Below, piece by piece: positions 53,480-64,000 of a DNA stretch of 64,000 nt. The number at the start of each line of letters is the position of its first letter. Position 1 is the first letter of the stretch. The position numbers and the translations under genes are program-made. The notes beneath the pieces are model-generated. The model ran no database searches and was not told the origin of the DNA. It saw only the letters and a program-made list of their open reading frames with translations. Location: NCBI RefSeq assembly GCF_036321535.1, contig NC_087443.1, positions 55,118,001 to 55,182,000 of the forward strand. The letters are read 5' to 3'. This DNA is from Camelus dromedarius (Eukaryota).

Positions 53480-53680
53480 AGTGATTAACAGCACAGGCTC
53501 TGGGGCCAGATGGGCCTCGGCTCAAGTCCTGCTTCCACCGCCTGCAAGCTGTGGGCACTTACACAGGCCTTGGTGTCCTTATTTGTCAAAAGACTGCCAA
53601 CCTCACTTGGGGGGGGGGTGTGGATTAAATGAGATAATGCATGTGAAAGATTTAGCAAATGCTAACAAAGCTGTCCATCA
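53480..53680 (+). mobile_element. MIR SINE fragment
   Basis: aagctgtgggcactt...ggattaaatgagataatgcatgtgaaag. Confidence 0.65.
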
Positions 53681-54495
53681 CTATGCCTTCTGTTTTTTAG
53701 TTTTTCAAAGCAGTTTCAAGTGGAGGCTACAGATGTTGCCCTGGTTACTGTGCTATTTGCAAAGGGTGGTCCCACCTAGGACTTGCTCAGTAAGTGGAGT
53801 CACGTTTTGGCCAATAGCTAAAGTGCTTCTCCCTCTGTGTTGAGCACTGTGCTAAGCTTTTGGAACGCATCCTCTCTAATGGAGAAGATAAATGGAGAGA
53901 TGGCAAGAGACCTGTTGTTCGGGGTGGAGCCCTGTCTTTGCTGTTACCAATCAGTACTCAGTACTAGGTACTAGTGCTAGGTACTGAGAGGGCGCTGCGG
54001 AGGTACCACCACCAACTCCAAGGCTGCCCTGGGCTTCAGGCTGCGACAGCTGGAGGGCGTGGCTGAGGGTGGGTCAGAGGGAAAGGCAGCTACCAGGAGG
54101 CCCCTGCCCATGGCTGCCTCTGCTCTGCAGCCACACAGAGAACAGGTGCCAAGAGGGGTGGCGGCTCAGACGCAGGAACTTGTGACCAACTGTGTCTGTG
54201 TCAGCGCTGGACTTGGAGGGGGAGGGGTGCTCTGCTTCTGAAGATGTCTGAGCTCATTTTTTAATGTTCCGGGGAGGCCCTGACCAACTCAGTTCTGTGA
54301 CGCCCCAGCCAGAATCCCCTAGGTTGGAAATGTGTATCCCAGAGAGAGTGAGACAGGAAGGAAGGGGACAGGGCACAGCCACTAAAGGAATGACAGCAAT
54401 TTAACACCAAAATGGTGGACGATTCACCTCCTAGTTGGTCTTGAGGATTAAGAGGTTTGACTTCTAGTAGACCTTGAGCTTCATTATATGCTCAT

Positions 54496-54950
54496 TGTAA
54501 CAGCGTGATCAAATAACATGCCCGCAGGCACCAGGACAGCCCCAAGGCTAACAACAAATGGGTGGTGGCCCAGTTCCTGGTAATCTCAGGCCCTTCCCCT
54601 GGGCAATTGGAATGGTCCCATTTGGAAGCTGTGAAGCTACTGAGACCATAAAAACTGACAACACCACGCCTAGTGGCCCCCGCACTTTGGAGGCGGCCCA
54701 CACTCTGTCTATGGAGTGTGTACCTACTTTTACTTTAACCTGAGCACCCAATTCCCACACCTCTTTCCTTGCCTTACACTCTATGCAGTATGTATCTCTC
54801 TAAATAAATCTACCTTTACTCAACGGTGGCTCGCACTTGAATTCTTTCCTGCGTGAAGCCAAGGACCCACACTTGGCGGCGCACATCCCAGGGGCTCAAC
54901 CGAGACCTGGGACACAGCCCTCCTCACGCCCTACATCTGTTTTCCTGCAT
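54496..54950 (+). mobile_element. Probable ERV1-class solo LTR in TLL2 intron 17, antisense to TLL2
   Basis: begins TGTAAC; TATA-like CATAAAAA 54647-54654; AATAAA 54803-54808; CA-ending terminus at ~54935-54952; retains CpGs; TSD only imperfect. Confidence 0.7.
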
Positions 54951-55199
54951 CAAGAGGACATGAGGTCCTCGGTCACCCTGGCATCCGTGCAGGGCTCTGT
55001 GGTGGGACCAATGCCTAGAGGCCTGTGTGTTTATGGAGATGCCCAAACTCTCTTTGCAGGGCAGGGTAAGAACAGAATAACTGGGCAGGAAAAACCATCT
55101 GGCCCTGAAGGATTCCCAGTAGTGAAGGGAGCAGGGAGCAAAGTCTTCCCCAAATTCTATTTTACTCTTGGACCTGCATTTGCCTCAGTAGGATTATGA

Positions 55200-55430
55200 C
55201 ATAGATGACTGATATTTATTGACATTTCAAGTGCTTAATAGGTGTCAGCCTGTCTGAAATACTTTCTAAGCATTTTCTCATTTAACCCTCACAAAAACTT
55301 CAAGAAGGAGGTATGTTTAGCCCCTTTTAAACAGACGAGGAAACTGAGGCTCAGAGAGGTGAAGTAAGTCGCCCAAGGTCACACAGCTATTAAGTAGCAG
55401 AGTCAAGATTTAAACCTAGAGGGTCCGATT
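55200..55430 (-). mobile_element. MIR SINE fragment
   Basis: gacgaggaaactgaggctcagagaggtgaagtaagtcgcccaaggtcacacagct. Confidence 0.75.
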
Positions 55431-55659
55431 CTGGAGTTATTGCAGTAATAACTCCAGAAGAGCACTCGAGGGCCGCTGTGTGCCTCTGGAAGGAATGCCT
55501 GCCCTGGGGAACCACTCTTTAGCAGGCAGGTGGGAGGAGGGAAGGCAGATGTGGAGCCTTCTCGCTCAGGGCTCCGCAGACAGGAGGGAGCGTCCCTGGC
55601 TCTGGCTTTCATGCATGCGCACATGCGGGCAGCTGAGGTGGCCCGCCGTCCAGCCTCAC

Positions 55660-55785
55660 CCTCTTTGCAGTCGAGCCCGTTGTCGTGGAGCCGGTAGCCG
55701 TTTCTGCACCGGCACAGGTAGCTCCCGAAGGTGTTGACACACTCATGCTGGCATCCGCCATTGTCCTGGGCACACTCGTCCTTGT
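55660..55785 (-). CDS. TLL2: Tolloid-like 2 exon 17 (EGF-like 2)
   Basis: ccccag|AC AAG...GAG G|gtgagg; 126 nt; [41 protein letters not shown]. Confidence 0.96.
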
Positions 55786-56084
55786 CTGGGGAGATCAACG
55801 GACTCTCCTAAGAGGAACCACCAGCTTGGGAACGTCCCTCACAGCTCAGAACCCCGCTCAAAAGCAGTCTCCTCCAGGGAACCTCCCAGATTGCCGGAAC
55901 TCTGATCATCCACTTAGGTGGGCAAGGGTGGGGCGGCATCTCTTGGATATTATCTGGCCCTGGTATATACTGAATTTCCCATGCTCCTAAAGCACTTTGA
56001 TGTGTATATATGTTCTCCATCCCTGCTCCCCGCCAAAACCAAGGAGCTCCTTAATGGATAGGCTATTAATAATAAATTAATAAT

Positions 56085-56560
56085 AATAATACCCATGTAC
56101 TGAGTATTTACTATACAATGGGCACTGCCCCAGGCACTTTCTATATTATACTCTCTATATTATTGAAGTTAATTCTCAAACAGTGTTAGGAGGGAGGTAT
56201 CTATGCCCCCATTTTACAGGTAGGGAAACTGAGGCTGTGAATGCTAAGGTGCCCAAGGTGACTCAGTGCCCAAGTGGCTTGTGTGACCCAGATTCATATT
56301 CTGCAACCCCACACCACCTCCTGCCCATGGAGCAGGTAAGCCTGCGAGCTGTGGCCCAGAAGGCCCAGTGCCAGCCTGGCTCCTCTGCTTTCAGCTGTTG
56401 TGACCTTGGTAGTCCTTGATGTCTCTGCCTCAGTTGCCTCACCTGTAAAGTGGAGTCAGTAATGGTATCCTTACCGCATAGGCTTGTTGAGAGGAGGAAA
56501 CAAATCAGTACAGGGAAGGCACTTAGAACAGCGTCCAGCCTTGAGTAAGCGTTAGTTTTT
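56085..56560. mobile_element. Two MIR fragments in opposite orientation
   Basis: ccccattttacaggtagggaaactgaggct (minus) then cctcagttgcctcacctgtaaagtgg (plus). Confidence 0.65.
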
Positions 56561-56779
56561 ATTTATCTACAGATGGACTCAAGTGGCCGCTGTATTATTA
56601 TGGTCCTTGTAGCTCAAGCCGGCACAGTATGCAGCGCTGTCCTAAGCCAGCTTCCTCCTGGAATAACCGAGGACCCACCTCCATCCCCACCTCCCCGCAC
56701 AGGGATCTCTTCAGGGGCCAGCGGTGTCTCCCTGCTGAACACTTGGCATTTTAGTTTTGCCCTCTTATTTCATGAGGAC

Positions 56780-56995
56780 AACTAAGAACCTGTGAGAGAT
56801 GAAGGCCACCCAACACTTCAGCACTGGAACCACAGGCTAGGAAGAGGCCAGGAAGCCTCTGCCCAAGTGGCTAGGGGGAGCACAACCCTGCCCACACCTT
56901 GGTTTCACACCTCTGGCCTCCAGAGCTGTTGTTTTAAACCACCCAGTTTGTGGCAGTTTGCTGTGGTGGCCCTGTGATGGTGGAGCCACCACTCT
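56780..56995. mobile_element. MaLR LTR fragment (MLT1-like)
   Basis: gaagaggccaggaagcc...ccctgcccacaccttggtttc...tggcctccagagctg...ccacccagtttgtggcagtttg. Confidence 0.7.
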
Positions 56996-57134
56996 ATACA
57001 ATCCCAGAACCAAGGCAGAGATACTGTGAGGGCTGGAGCAGCGGGCAGAGAGGGGTGGGCAGGTGCCCCGAGGCTGGGCACCTGCAAAGCCGTGCTGCCC
57101 TCAGCCTGTGGCCTCACCCCCCAAACCCGCGCAC

Positions 57135-57315
57135 CTGAGAAGAATTGGGCCCTGAAGCCGCGTTTGGAGACAGTGCTGTCGGACTTGAACTCCACACGCA
57201 TGTTGCTGCTCTGCGAGGTGATGACCTCGGGCGTCTCGGAGCCGCAGAACTTGCCGTGCAGCCTGGCGTCGGGGGGCAGGCCGCTGCGCACCTCCACGAA
57301 GTCGTACTTACACAC
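57135..57315 (-). CDS. TLL2: Tolloid-like 2 exon 16 (CUB3, C-half)
   Basis: tcgcag|GTG...TCA G|gtgcgc; 181 nt; [60 protein letters not shown]. Confidence 0.96.
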
Positions 57316-57929
57316 CTGCGAGGGAGCGCCGTGGGGAGCCGCCCTGTGCCCCCACGTCCCCACCCCAGACCCTGGAATACTGCAGGACCCCCTCCTGAGA
57401 GCTGCACCCTGCCAGATGGGCAGACGAGCTCAGCCAGGTCCAGCGGGAGGGTCCTCTCCACTCTTACTGGGATGCCTCCCGCCCAAGGCGCAGACAGGGG
57501 GCACGCCCGATCAGCACCCTGGCTGTAGGGCTCTGCCCGGTCTCGGCTGGCTGACTTGGGTCATTCCATAACCACTGTCCAAAGGAAGGAACGGGCTATT
57601 TATACCGTCCTGGTCCCCAGCTGCATCTCACCCCCTCCGCTGGACACTAAGCCCCAGGTTCCTACCCCAGGGGACGTACCTGTCCTGACCACCTCCCACC
57701 CCCAAGACCTGCTCCCTCCTCTCTGGTCCTGATTCTCCTTGGATGCGTCAGTGACAAGAGGATAAAGCATTCCGTCTGCAGAGGGGGAGCAGCTGAAACT
57801 GCAGCACCAGACCCTCCCCAGATTCTGCCCAGCTACGGCTCCATGACCCCGGGAGGCCACCTCACTGCCCGCGGGGCCCTGAGCCACATCCCAACATGAC
57901 CCCTACTCAGTTAGAGCACAGGAACATAC

Positions 57930-58090
57930 ATCGTTGCCTTCCAGTTCAAACACTTCAAACTGAAGGGAAATCCGGTACTGAGCCGGGGCCACCACCTGCC
58001 AGACACAGTTTTTGTTTGTAGGATACTCCTTCGGCCACCCAGGGCTGGTGATGGTCCCATTCAGCTTGGTAATGAAGCCGCCACAGGCCA
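57930..58090 (-). CDS. TLL2: Tolloid-like 2 exon 15 (CUB3, N-half)
   Basis: gtgcag|TG GCC...GAT|gtatgt; 161 nt; [53 protein letters not shown]. Confidence 0.96.
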
Positions 58091-58813
58091 CTGCACGGGG
58101 AAACAGAAGCAAGATTCATTTGGTTTTAGTTCCAAGTGACTGCGATTTCCCCCAAGCAGCAGTAAGCCCTGCTGTTCTCTAATAATAATTTTAAAAATAC
58201 CTAGACCATCTGAACTGATTAATTCAGCATCCTTTCTTCTAGTCTGTTTCAACTGAGGATTTGGAGGGTTGGAGTTGAGGACAAGCCTTTACTGCTTTAA
58301 AAAAAAAAAAAAGACAATGTATTTGTGCTTACTTCTCACCCAGTGGCATAATTGGGGACATCACATGGCTTGGGCCAAGGAAAATTGGAAATGTTTGCAG
58401 CAAGCTATGCAATGTCCCTGGCTTCCATAAACAAGGAGAGTCACGCAGGTGGGCAAGAACAGCACCAGCCAGGTAGAAATGGAAGGAATGAATTGCACAA
58501 TTGGTTGAGGCACACCAAAGTGCTCATAGTTATTCTTTGCTTTTATTTTCTACCTTAGCAATCATGTGAGTTTCACATGGTCACAGAAGAGAATGAACCA
58601 CGGCCCCACTTGCACAGTTGCGAGGGTGGAGTTGCATAAAGTCATCTCATGTGTGTGACTTTATTGAGTTGCCTTTCCCTCCAGGAAGTAGGTGAATCGC
58701 CCACCACGACTGTCCATTGTGCCTGCACAGCTGCCCCATCTCTGTCTGCCCCACGTCTCCTAAGACTTGTCCCCCACTCCCTCTCATTCCCGCTTGGCAG
58801 GTCCAACACCAAC

Positions 58814-58939
58814 CTTCACACGCCTTCTTGTCAGCGGCCAGCTCGTAGCCAGGATCACACACGCACTTGTAGCTGCCTAGCGTGTTGACGCAGCGCTGCT
58901 CACACCCGCCATGATCTGGCCAGGAACACTCGTCCACCT
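58814..58939 (-). CDS. TLL2: Tolloid-like 2 exon 14 (EGF-like 1)
   Basis: caacag|AG GTG...GAA G|gttggt; 126 nt; [41 protein letters not shown]. Confidence 0.96.
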
Positions 58940-59850
58940 CTGTTGGGGAGGAAGGTGACCGGATTTTTAAATCATCACAAAGCTGCCCAGTCTGTTCCCT
59001 GTCACATTCCACATCCCGGGATTCCCAGCAAGTCTCTTCTAAAAACAAGAAAGACTCCTGGTGACCACCTTCCAAGGACCACCTGTCCACGTCTGAGAAA
59101 CCAGGAACAGCCACAGCAAGGGGTGAGTTCTTGACAACATGCAAGGGTAACTCACTAGCCAGAAGCGGGGCTTCTCTGAGCAGGGACCAGGCCTGGATCA
59201 CCTCATTCCTGGAACGGTTCAGTATTTGTTTGTGACCTTAGGAAATCTCAAAGTTTCCATACCAAAGGCTTAATCAATTTTAATGCCATAAAATTGAGAA
59301 TCCCTCCCTCCAAAAATGTGGAACTTCTCAGGACAGTAAGCAAAGAGTAAGGAGAAAGGGACACATTTCTAGATGAAAATGTGTAAGTATTTCCTAGGGA
59401 TGGAGCCAGAATCTGTGACTCAGCATTGTAATCACAAATCTGAAGAGATATGCACAGGAAGATCATCAAGTTTACAGAAAACACCGGGCTCTTAGGTGAG
59501 CCAGCGCTTCCCAGAGACACTGCAGGAAGAGGCTATAGCGAGGCTGAGTTAGCCGGGGAGCTGGGTGGGATTCGGCATCGACAGTGTCCAGAGATGTGTT
59601 TGGGGCAATTAAATAGCAAGCAGGACGTTGTCCAGAGGAAGAACTGGAGAATCACTGGAGAATCTCTCCAGACATGTCAGCCCATGCACACTGAAGAAAG
59701 AAAAACCCAGGCATTGGGTTCTCCCAGGAAGAGTATCAGAAGTACAAGGAAAAAGTCATTATTTTCTGATACCAAGATATGGTACATTTATCCCTAAAAA
59801 GAGCACACAAGTTGTGACCTAACAGAGCTGCAGCCTCTGTTAGGGACTGC

Positions 59851-59984
59851 NNNNNNNNNNNNNNNNNNNNNNNNNNNNNNNNNNNNNNNNNNNNNNNNNN
59901 NNNNNNNNNNNNNNNNNNNNNNNNNNNNNNNNNNNNNNNNNNNNNNNNNNNNNNNNNNNNNNNNNNNNNNNNNNNNNNNNNNNN
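59851..59984. other. Assembly gap (134 N)
   Basis: run of n. Confidence 0.99.
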
Positions 59985-62394
59985 GGATTGGCGAGCCAGT
60001 GAATGTACTGGTTCATAACACCATGGAAGGCAGGCACAGAACAAGTCCAGAGTTCACAAAATCTTAAAGACCTTGCATTACACATAAAAGAAAAGAAATC
60101 AGGACATTTTCGAGTTGGTAAAGACTTAGAAAGATCCCCAGTCCTGCCACCTCAGCAAGAATCCTTTAATGACATTTCTGGTAGATGGCTTTCCAGACCC
60201 TGCTGGAAAACACCTAGAGACAGGACGTTCATTGTTTTCAAATATATTTCTTGTCCTTTGAAATTTGAATTGTTAAAAGCTCTGACTCCTTGCCACGTCC
60301 AATCCTCTGGTCTTGCAGAAAATGCAAACCTTTCAACCATCATTGTATCCTTTTTCCAACTCAAATAAACCATTCCCTTCCAGTCCCCCTGGACTACGAT
60401 GCACACAGTACTCGTCAATCTGGTTGCTCGTCACTGGGGAAAGGATAGTTTGTAAATATCCCATTATTGCACATAGTGGAGAGAAACTTAGGTGACTCTA
60501 AGAATGATGTGTTCTTGGGCTCAACAAAAGCTTAAATAAGTTGGTCAGTAAGGGAGACTGGGTTTAGAAGACATGCTCTTGGCAAGAGGTTGACACTACC
60601 CACAGGCTAAAATAAATGTAAGTATTAAGTTTGCTAAAGTAGTAACAATCCTGCAATTATTTATTACTTTACAGTAGGCAAGGCACTTTGACATTTGCTA
60701 GAAAGTATAAAAGGCAGAGAATCGACAGTAATAAGAAATAGAAAGAGTCCAGTCTTTAGAGTGAGCCAGACAGACCTGGGTTGAACTGACTCAGTGGGTC
60801 TTCCTTTAATAAACTGAGCAATTTGACCTTTCTGAGCCTTCCTCCTGGTTCAAAATGAGAGAAACAGCTGCTTTTAGGGTTATGGTGATTGAAAATGATG
60901 CCTGTGAGGTACGTGGCGTACAGCTGCTCTGTGCACAGTAGGTGTCCCTATGGACAAGAGCAGGGTTGCTTTTGAAATTCCAGTGGGTGGAGAGACACTG
61001 TGATGCGGGTAGTGAAAGACCAGGTTACCTGCATCCCTGAATCAGGTACGGGTAGAGGAGTGCAGGCCTGAGGAGGGAGAGAGACGAGGTGGGAACAGAA
61101 AGAAGGAAAAGGCATCAAGGATGGACCAATGAAGGAAGACTAGATGGGCAGGAAGGCAGCACGGCAGAGTCAAGAAACCGGCAACTGGCAGGTGGGCAGA
61201 GGAGGAGGGCAGAAAGGAACCGAGGGAAGAGCCCATGAGCCTAGAACAAGCTAACCAAAGGGCCAAGGTGGGTGGCAGAGGAGATGGATGCTTGAAGACG
61301 CTAGGGCTGTGGGTGGGACACACACGTCAAACATGAAGGGGAGGACCACTGATGAGTCTTCTGGCACCAGCGTAGCCTCGTGGAGGAAGAGAGGTTAGTG
61401 GATTGGATTTGCTAAAAGCAAAGTAGTTCCTCCAGAGACTAGAAGGGGAGAGTGTTTGGCCCAGGAAGGTGGGTGAAAGGTATACATCTATACCTGAGCT
61501 CTGTCCAGAAAGAGCAGAGTGATGTTTGGCTATTTCCAACCCTGCTCCAGCTCGGGGAGACAGGGTGCCCTCTGCAGCACCTGCATGGTGGTGAAGGAAC
61601 ATCTGCTTCAAGCCATGGGCTCATGCTTGCTCTGGGCTACAGTGGCCAAGGCCAAGCCTCCCAGAAAAGTCTGGGAGAGCACTGGGGTGGGAGAAGAAGC
61701 CGAACAGAGGTCAGCTTCGCATAGCAGGACTCTGGCTTCTATGCCTTCTTCATTGAAAGAAGGCACCGTTCTGAGGATAGATAATGACATGGCCCAGGTA
61801 AGATCCCCCAAGTTGTTTCAAAGACAGGTAAGGAAAGGGAAGGCAGGGCACATCCCTAAGCTTCTCAAGTACCTTGAGGGAAGCCAGTCCCCCACATCAA
61901 ACACCCCATGAAGGGCCATCAGCTTTGGGACCATGGAATGTGGGGATCAAGGTGGTAAATCCTTACATCCTTTATGTGGGGAGCGAGGGACCGACGTGGC
62001 CCTGCCAACCCTCAAATGCACTTGCTACCTCCCAAAGGAAGCAGAGACGCGAGGTGCTCTGCTTGCTGCCCAGCCAGCAGGCTCCGAGAGGGACTTCCAT
62101 CTGGCACAGGAGAGTGATGAGGAGGCCAACTGGCACCCTGGTCAGTGCCATGTGCCAGCTGGGCCCTGGGCAGAGACTCCAGCCAGCTGGCACCAAGGCA
62201 AGGGTTTCTTTGGCTGGTCCACCTCTTCTGTGTGGCCTTTGTAGTTACTCTTCCAGTTTCTTTCACTGGAGAAGTCCTGACACATGCACTGGCCGCTGTG
62301 TGCTCACAGGACATCCTACTGACGGCCTTGCTGGAAAAAGGCTGGCAAAGGAACTGGCTGTGTCCAGCTTGTAGACGGGTGCTGACCTGGGCCA

Positions 62395-62715
62395 GACCCC
62401 ACGTGACTACTGAACACTTGTAAAGTAGCTTGTCTAAATGCAGGTGTGCAGTGAGTGTAAAACACACTGGATTTCCAAGACTTGGAGTGAAGAAAAACCC
62501 CATAAAATCTCTCATTAATTGTATGTATATTGATTACATATTAAAATGATAGTATTTTGATATATTGAATTAAATAAAATATAGTATTAAAACTAATTTT
62601 GCCTCTTTCTGCCTTTCTCTCTCTCTCTCTCTTTTTTTTTTAATTTGGTAAGTTGGCTGCTAGAAAGTTTAAATTACTTATATGGCTTGCATTTATGACT
62701 TGTCTCCTATTTCTT
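62395..62715. mobile_element. hAT-Charlie (MER3/MER33-like) relic
   Basis: acgtgactactgaacacttg...aaaacacactggatttccaagact...tagaaagtttaaattac. Confidence 0.65.
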
Positions 62716-64000
62716 TTAGACACTATGGTCTCTGGTCTCATTCATCCTCCTGGGAACCCTGAAAGGTAGGCAGAGCAGGGAGCAAGAAGTCCAGTCCACA
62801 AATGAGGAATCTGAGCCTTCTTCATTCATCCGTTGGCCCGTAAGTGTTTACTGAGGCCACTGTGGGTCTGGCTCTGGAAATAGATGGAGAACAAAGCTGG
62901 TAGCATCAAGTGTCAGAAAGGAAAACTGACCTGCCTGAGAGCAGGTAGCTGGTAAGAAATGCGGGCAGGACTAGAACTCGAACTTTAGATGTAAATCCAG
63001 GGCCCTTTTTCTATGCTCCCAAGGCATGGAGAAGGCAGAAAGGGGACGGGTGTCAGAATCAAATCACAACGCTAATGGAAAGTTCACATCCCTTCACCTT
63101 ACTTCCCGCGGCTTTCAGGTCTCTCTAGAGGAGAGAGAATGAGCTGCCAGGTCCTATGCCTCTGGGGTCTAGTTCCAGCTCTTCCACCTCAGAACTTCAG
63201 TTTCCTCACCTTTAAAGTCAGGGTGATAATAACACCAAGCAAGGGCTTGTTCTGAAGACACAGTGAGGTCACAAATGCCGCTTCGGGCACACTCAACTGA
63301 CGTCTTTTCCTTCTCCTTTAATATGTCCCAACGAGGTTTCCACCAGACCTGGTTCCTCTTTTAAGATCCAGGGTCAAGGTCAATGCTGTATGTTTCTTCT
63401 TGTCTAAATGTGTTTCTCTGCTGTCCTTCTTGGCATAAAAAAGACATCAAGCTGGGCCTGTGCACAAAGTTAATGTGGATGGGCCGCAATTAACACCTCT
63501 ACAGGCACCTAAAAAGAGGTTTGCACATTGAAACGTCCTTGAAGTATCTAGGCTGGGTACCCTCTGAGGTCCTCACTTCACACAATACCATTGCCCATTG
63601 GCTCACAGGTCTTCTTTGTCACTTTGAGCTCTTGAGGACAATGACCATGTTTTCCTCTGTCCCCAGCCCCTAGCACAGCCCTTCTGATGACTGAATAATG
63701 TTAAATGTGGAGGCAGGAGAAGATGGCATCTTCTAAGCAGCAAACAGAGCTGGTTATCAGTTACTCAGAGCAGGACAAGGCTCTCGACTCAGTCCCTTAC
63801 GAACCAGCTTAGCATCCCACAGAGAAACATCTTTCTCCATTGCACTGACTGGCATCTCCAGCAGGGTTGCCACCAAAAAAGCAGAAGCCTCAGTTAAAGT
63901 TGAATTTCAGGTGAACAACCAATTATTTCTTAGAATGGTATGCAATATTTGGGACATATTTATACTAACTTTGAATTTAACTGGGAAAACGTTTTATTTT

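Noticed and set aside
53983-53997. CTCF-like TACTGAGAGGGCGCT
   Set aside because: The 5' half of the core (CCAC/CCAG) is missing
55200-56560. Inverted MIRs flanking symmetric TLL2 exon 17 as a driver of skipping or circRNA
   Set aside because: The MIR copies look too diverged to form stable duplexes
57026-57571. 181-aa plus-strand ORF
   Set aside because: Antisense shadow of GC-rich TLL2 exon 16
58647-59201. 184-aa minus-strand ORF
   Set aside because: TLL2 exon 14 plus in-frame intronic read-through; only 58814-58939 is coding
60964-61002. Cryptic 23-RSS (perfect heptamer, 6/9 nonamer) in a TLL2 intron
   Set aside because: Expected by chance in 64 kb, and not in a lymphoid gene

Overview
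Mammalian genomic DNA, most likely a camelid. The evidence is a camelid-type tRNA-derived SINE fragment at ~43953-44035 and TdT/OPALIN sequences that resemble other artiodactyls. The window holds the conserved syntenic block DNTT (+) >< OPALIN (-) < TLL2 (-). I traced by hand, with GT-AG boundaries and continuous reading frames: DNTT (TdT) exons 2-11 (3440-22305; exon 1 lies upstream of the window), all six OPALIN coding exons (38682-28029, 146 aa), and TLL2 exons 14-21 (58939-46122; earlier exons lie beyond the window). The rest is intron, UTR and intergenic DNA with MIR, L2, L1, MaLR and DNA-transposon relics, one probable ERV solo LTR, microsatellites and four short N gaps. I found no prokaryotic system, CRISPR array, rRNA or tRNA gene, and no new protein-coding gene; most supplied ORFs are shadow or random ORFs. 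The most interesting signals are: (1) non-conservative TdT changes in Loop1 (H400Q, F/L388S) and at two usually conserved glycines; (2) a remodelled OPALIN, with a flipped charge before the TM segment, a Pro after the N12 sequon, two Tyr-to-Phe changes and a lost stop codon; (3) a templated-insertion-like mosaic in DNTT intron 1; (4) strong CTCF motifs around the DNTT 3' end; (5) a CpG-rich, NRF1-motif segment at TLL2 exon 20; (6) an antisense solo LTR in TLL2 intron 17; and (7) a SINE supplying AATAAA hexamers in the TLL2 3'UTR. Orthologue comparisons come from remembered human, mouse, cattle and pig sequences and need real alignments. TdT numbering assumes a human-like 203-nt exon 1, giving 510 aa and mouse-equivalent numbering. 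Repeat boundaries and families are approximate.
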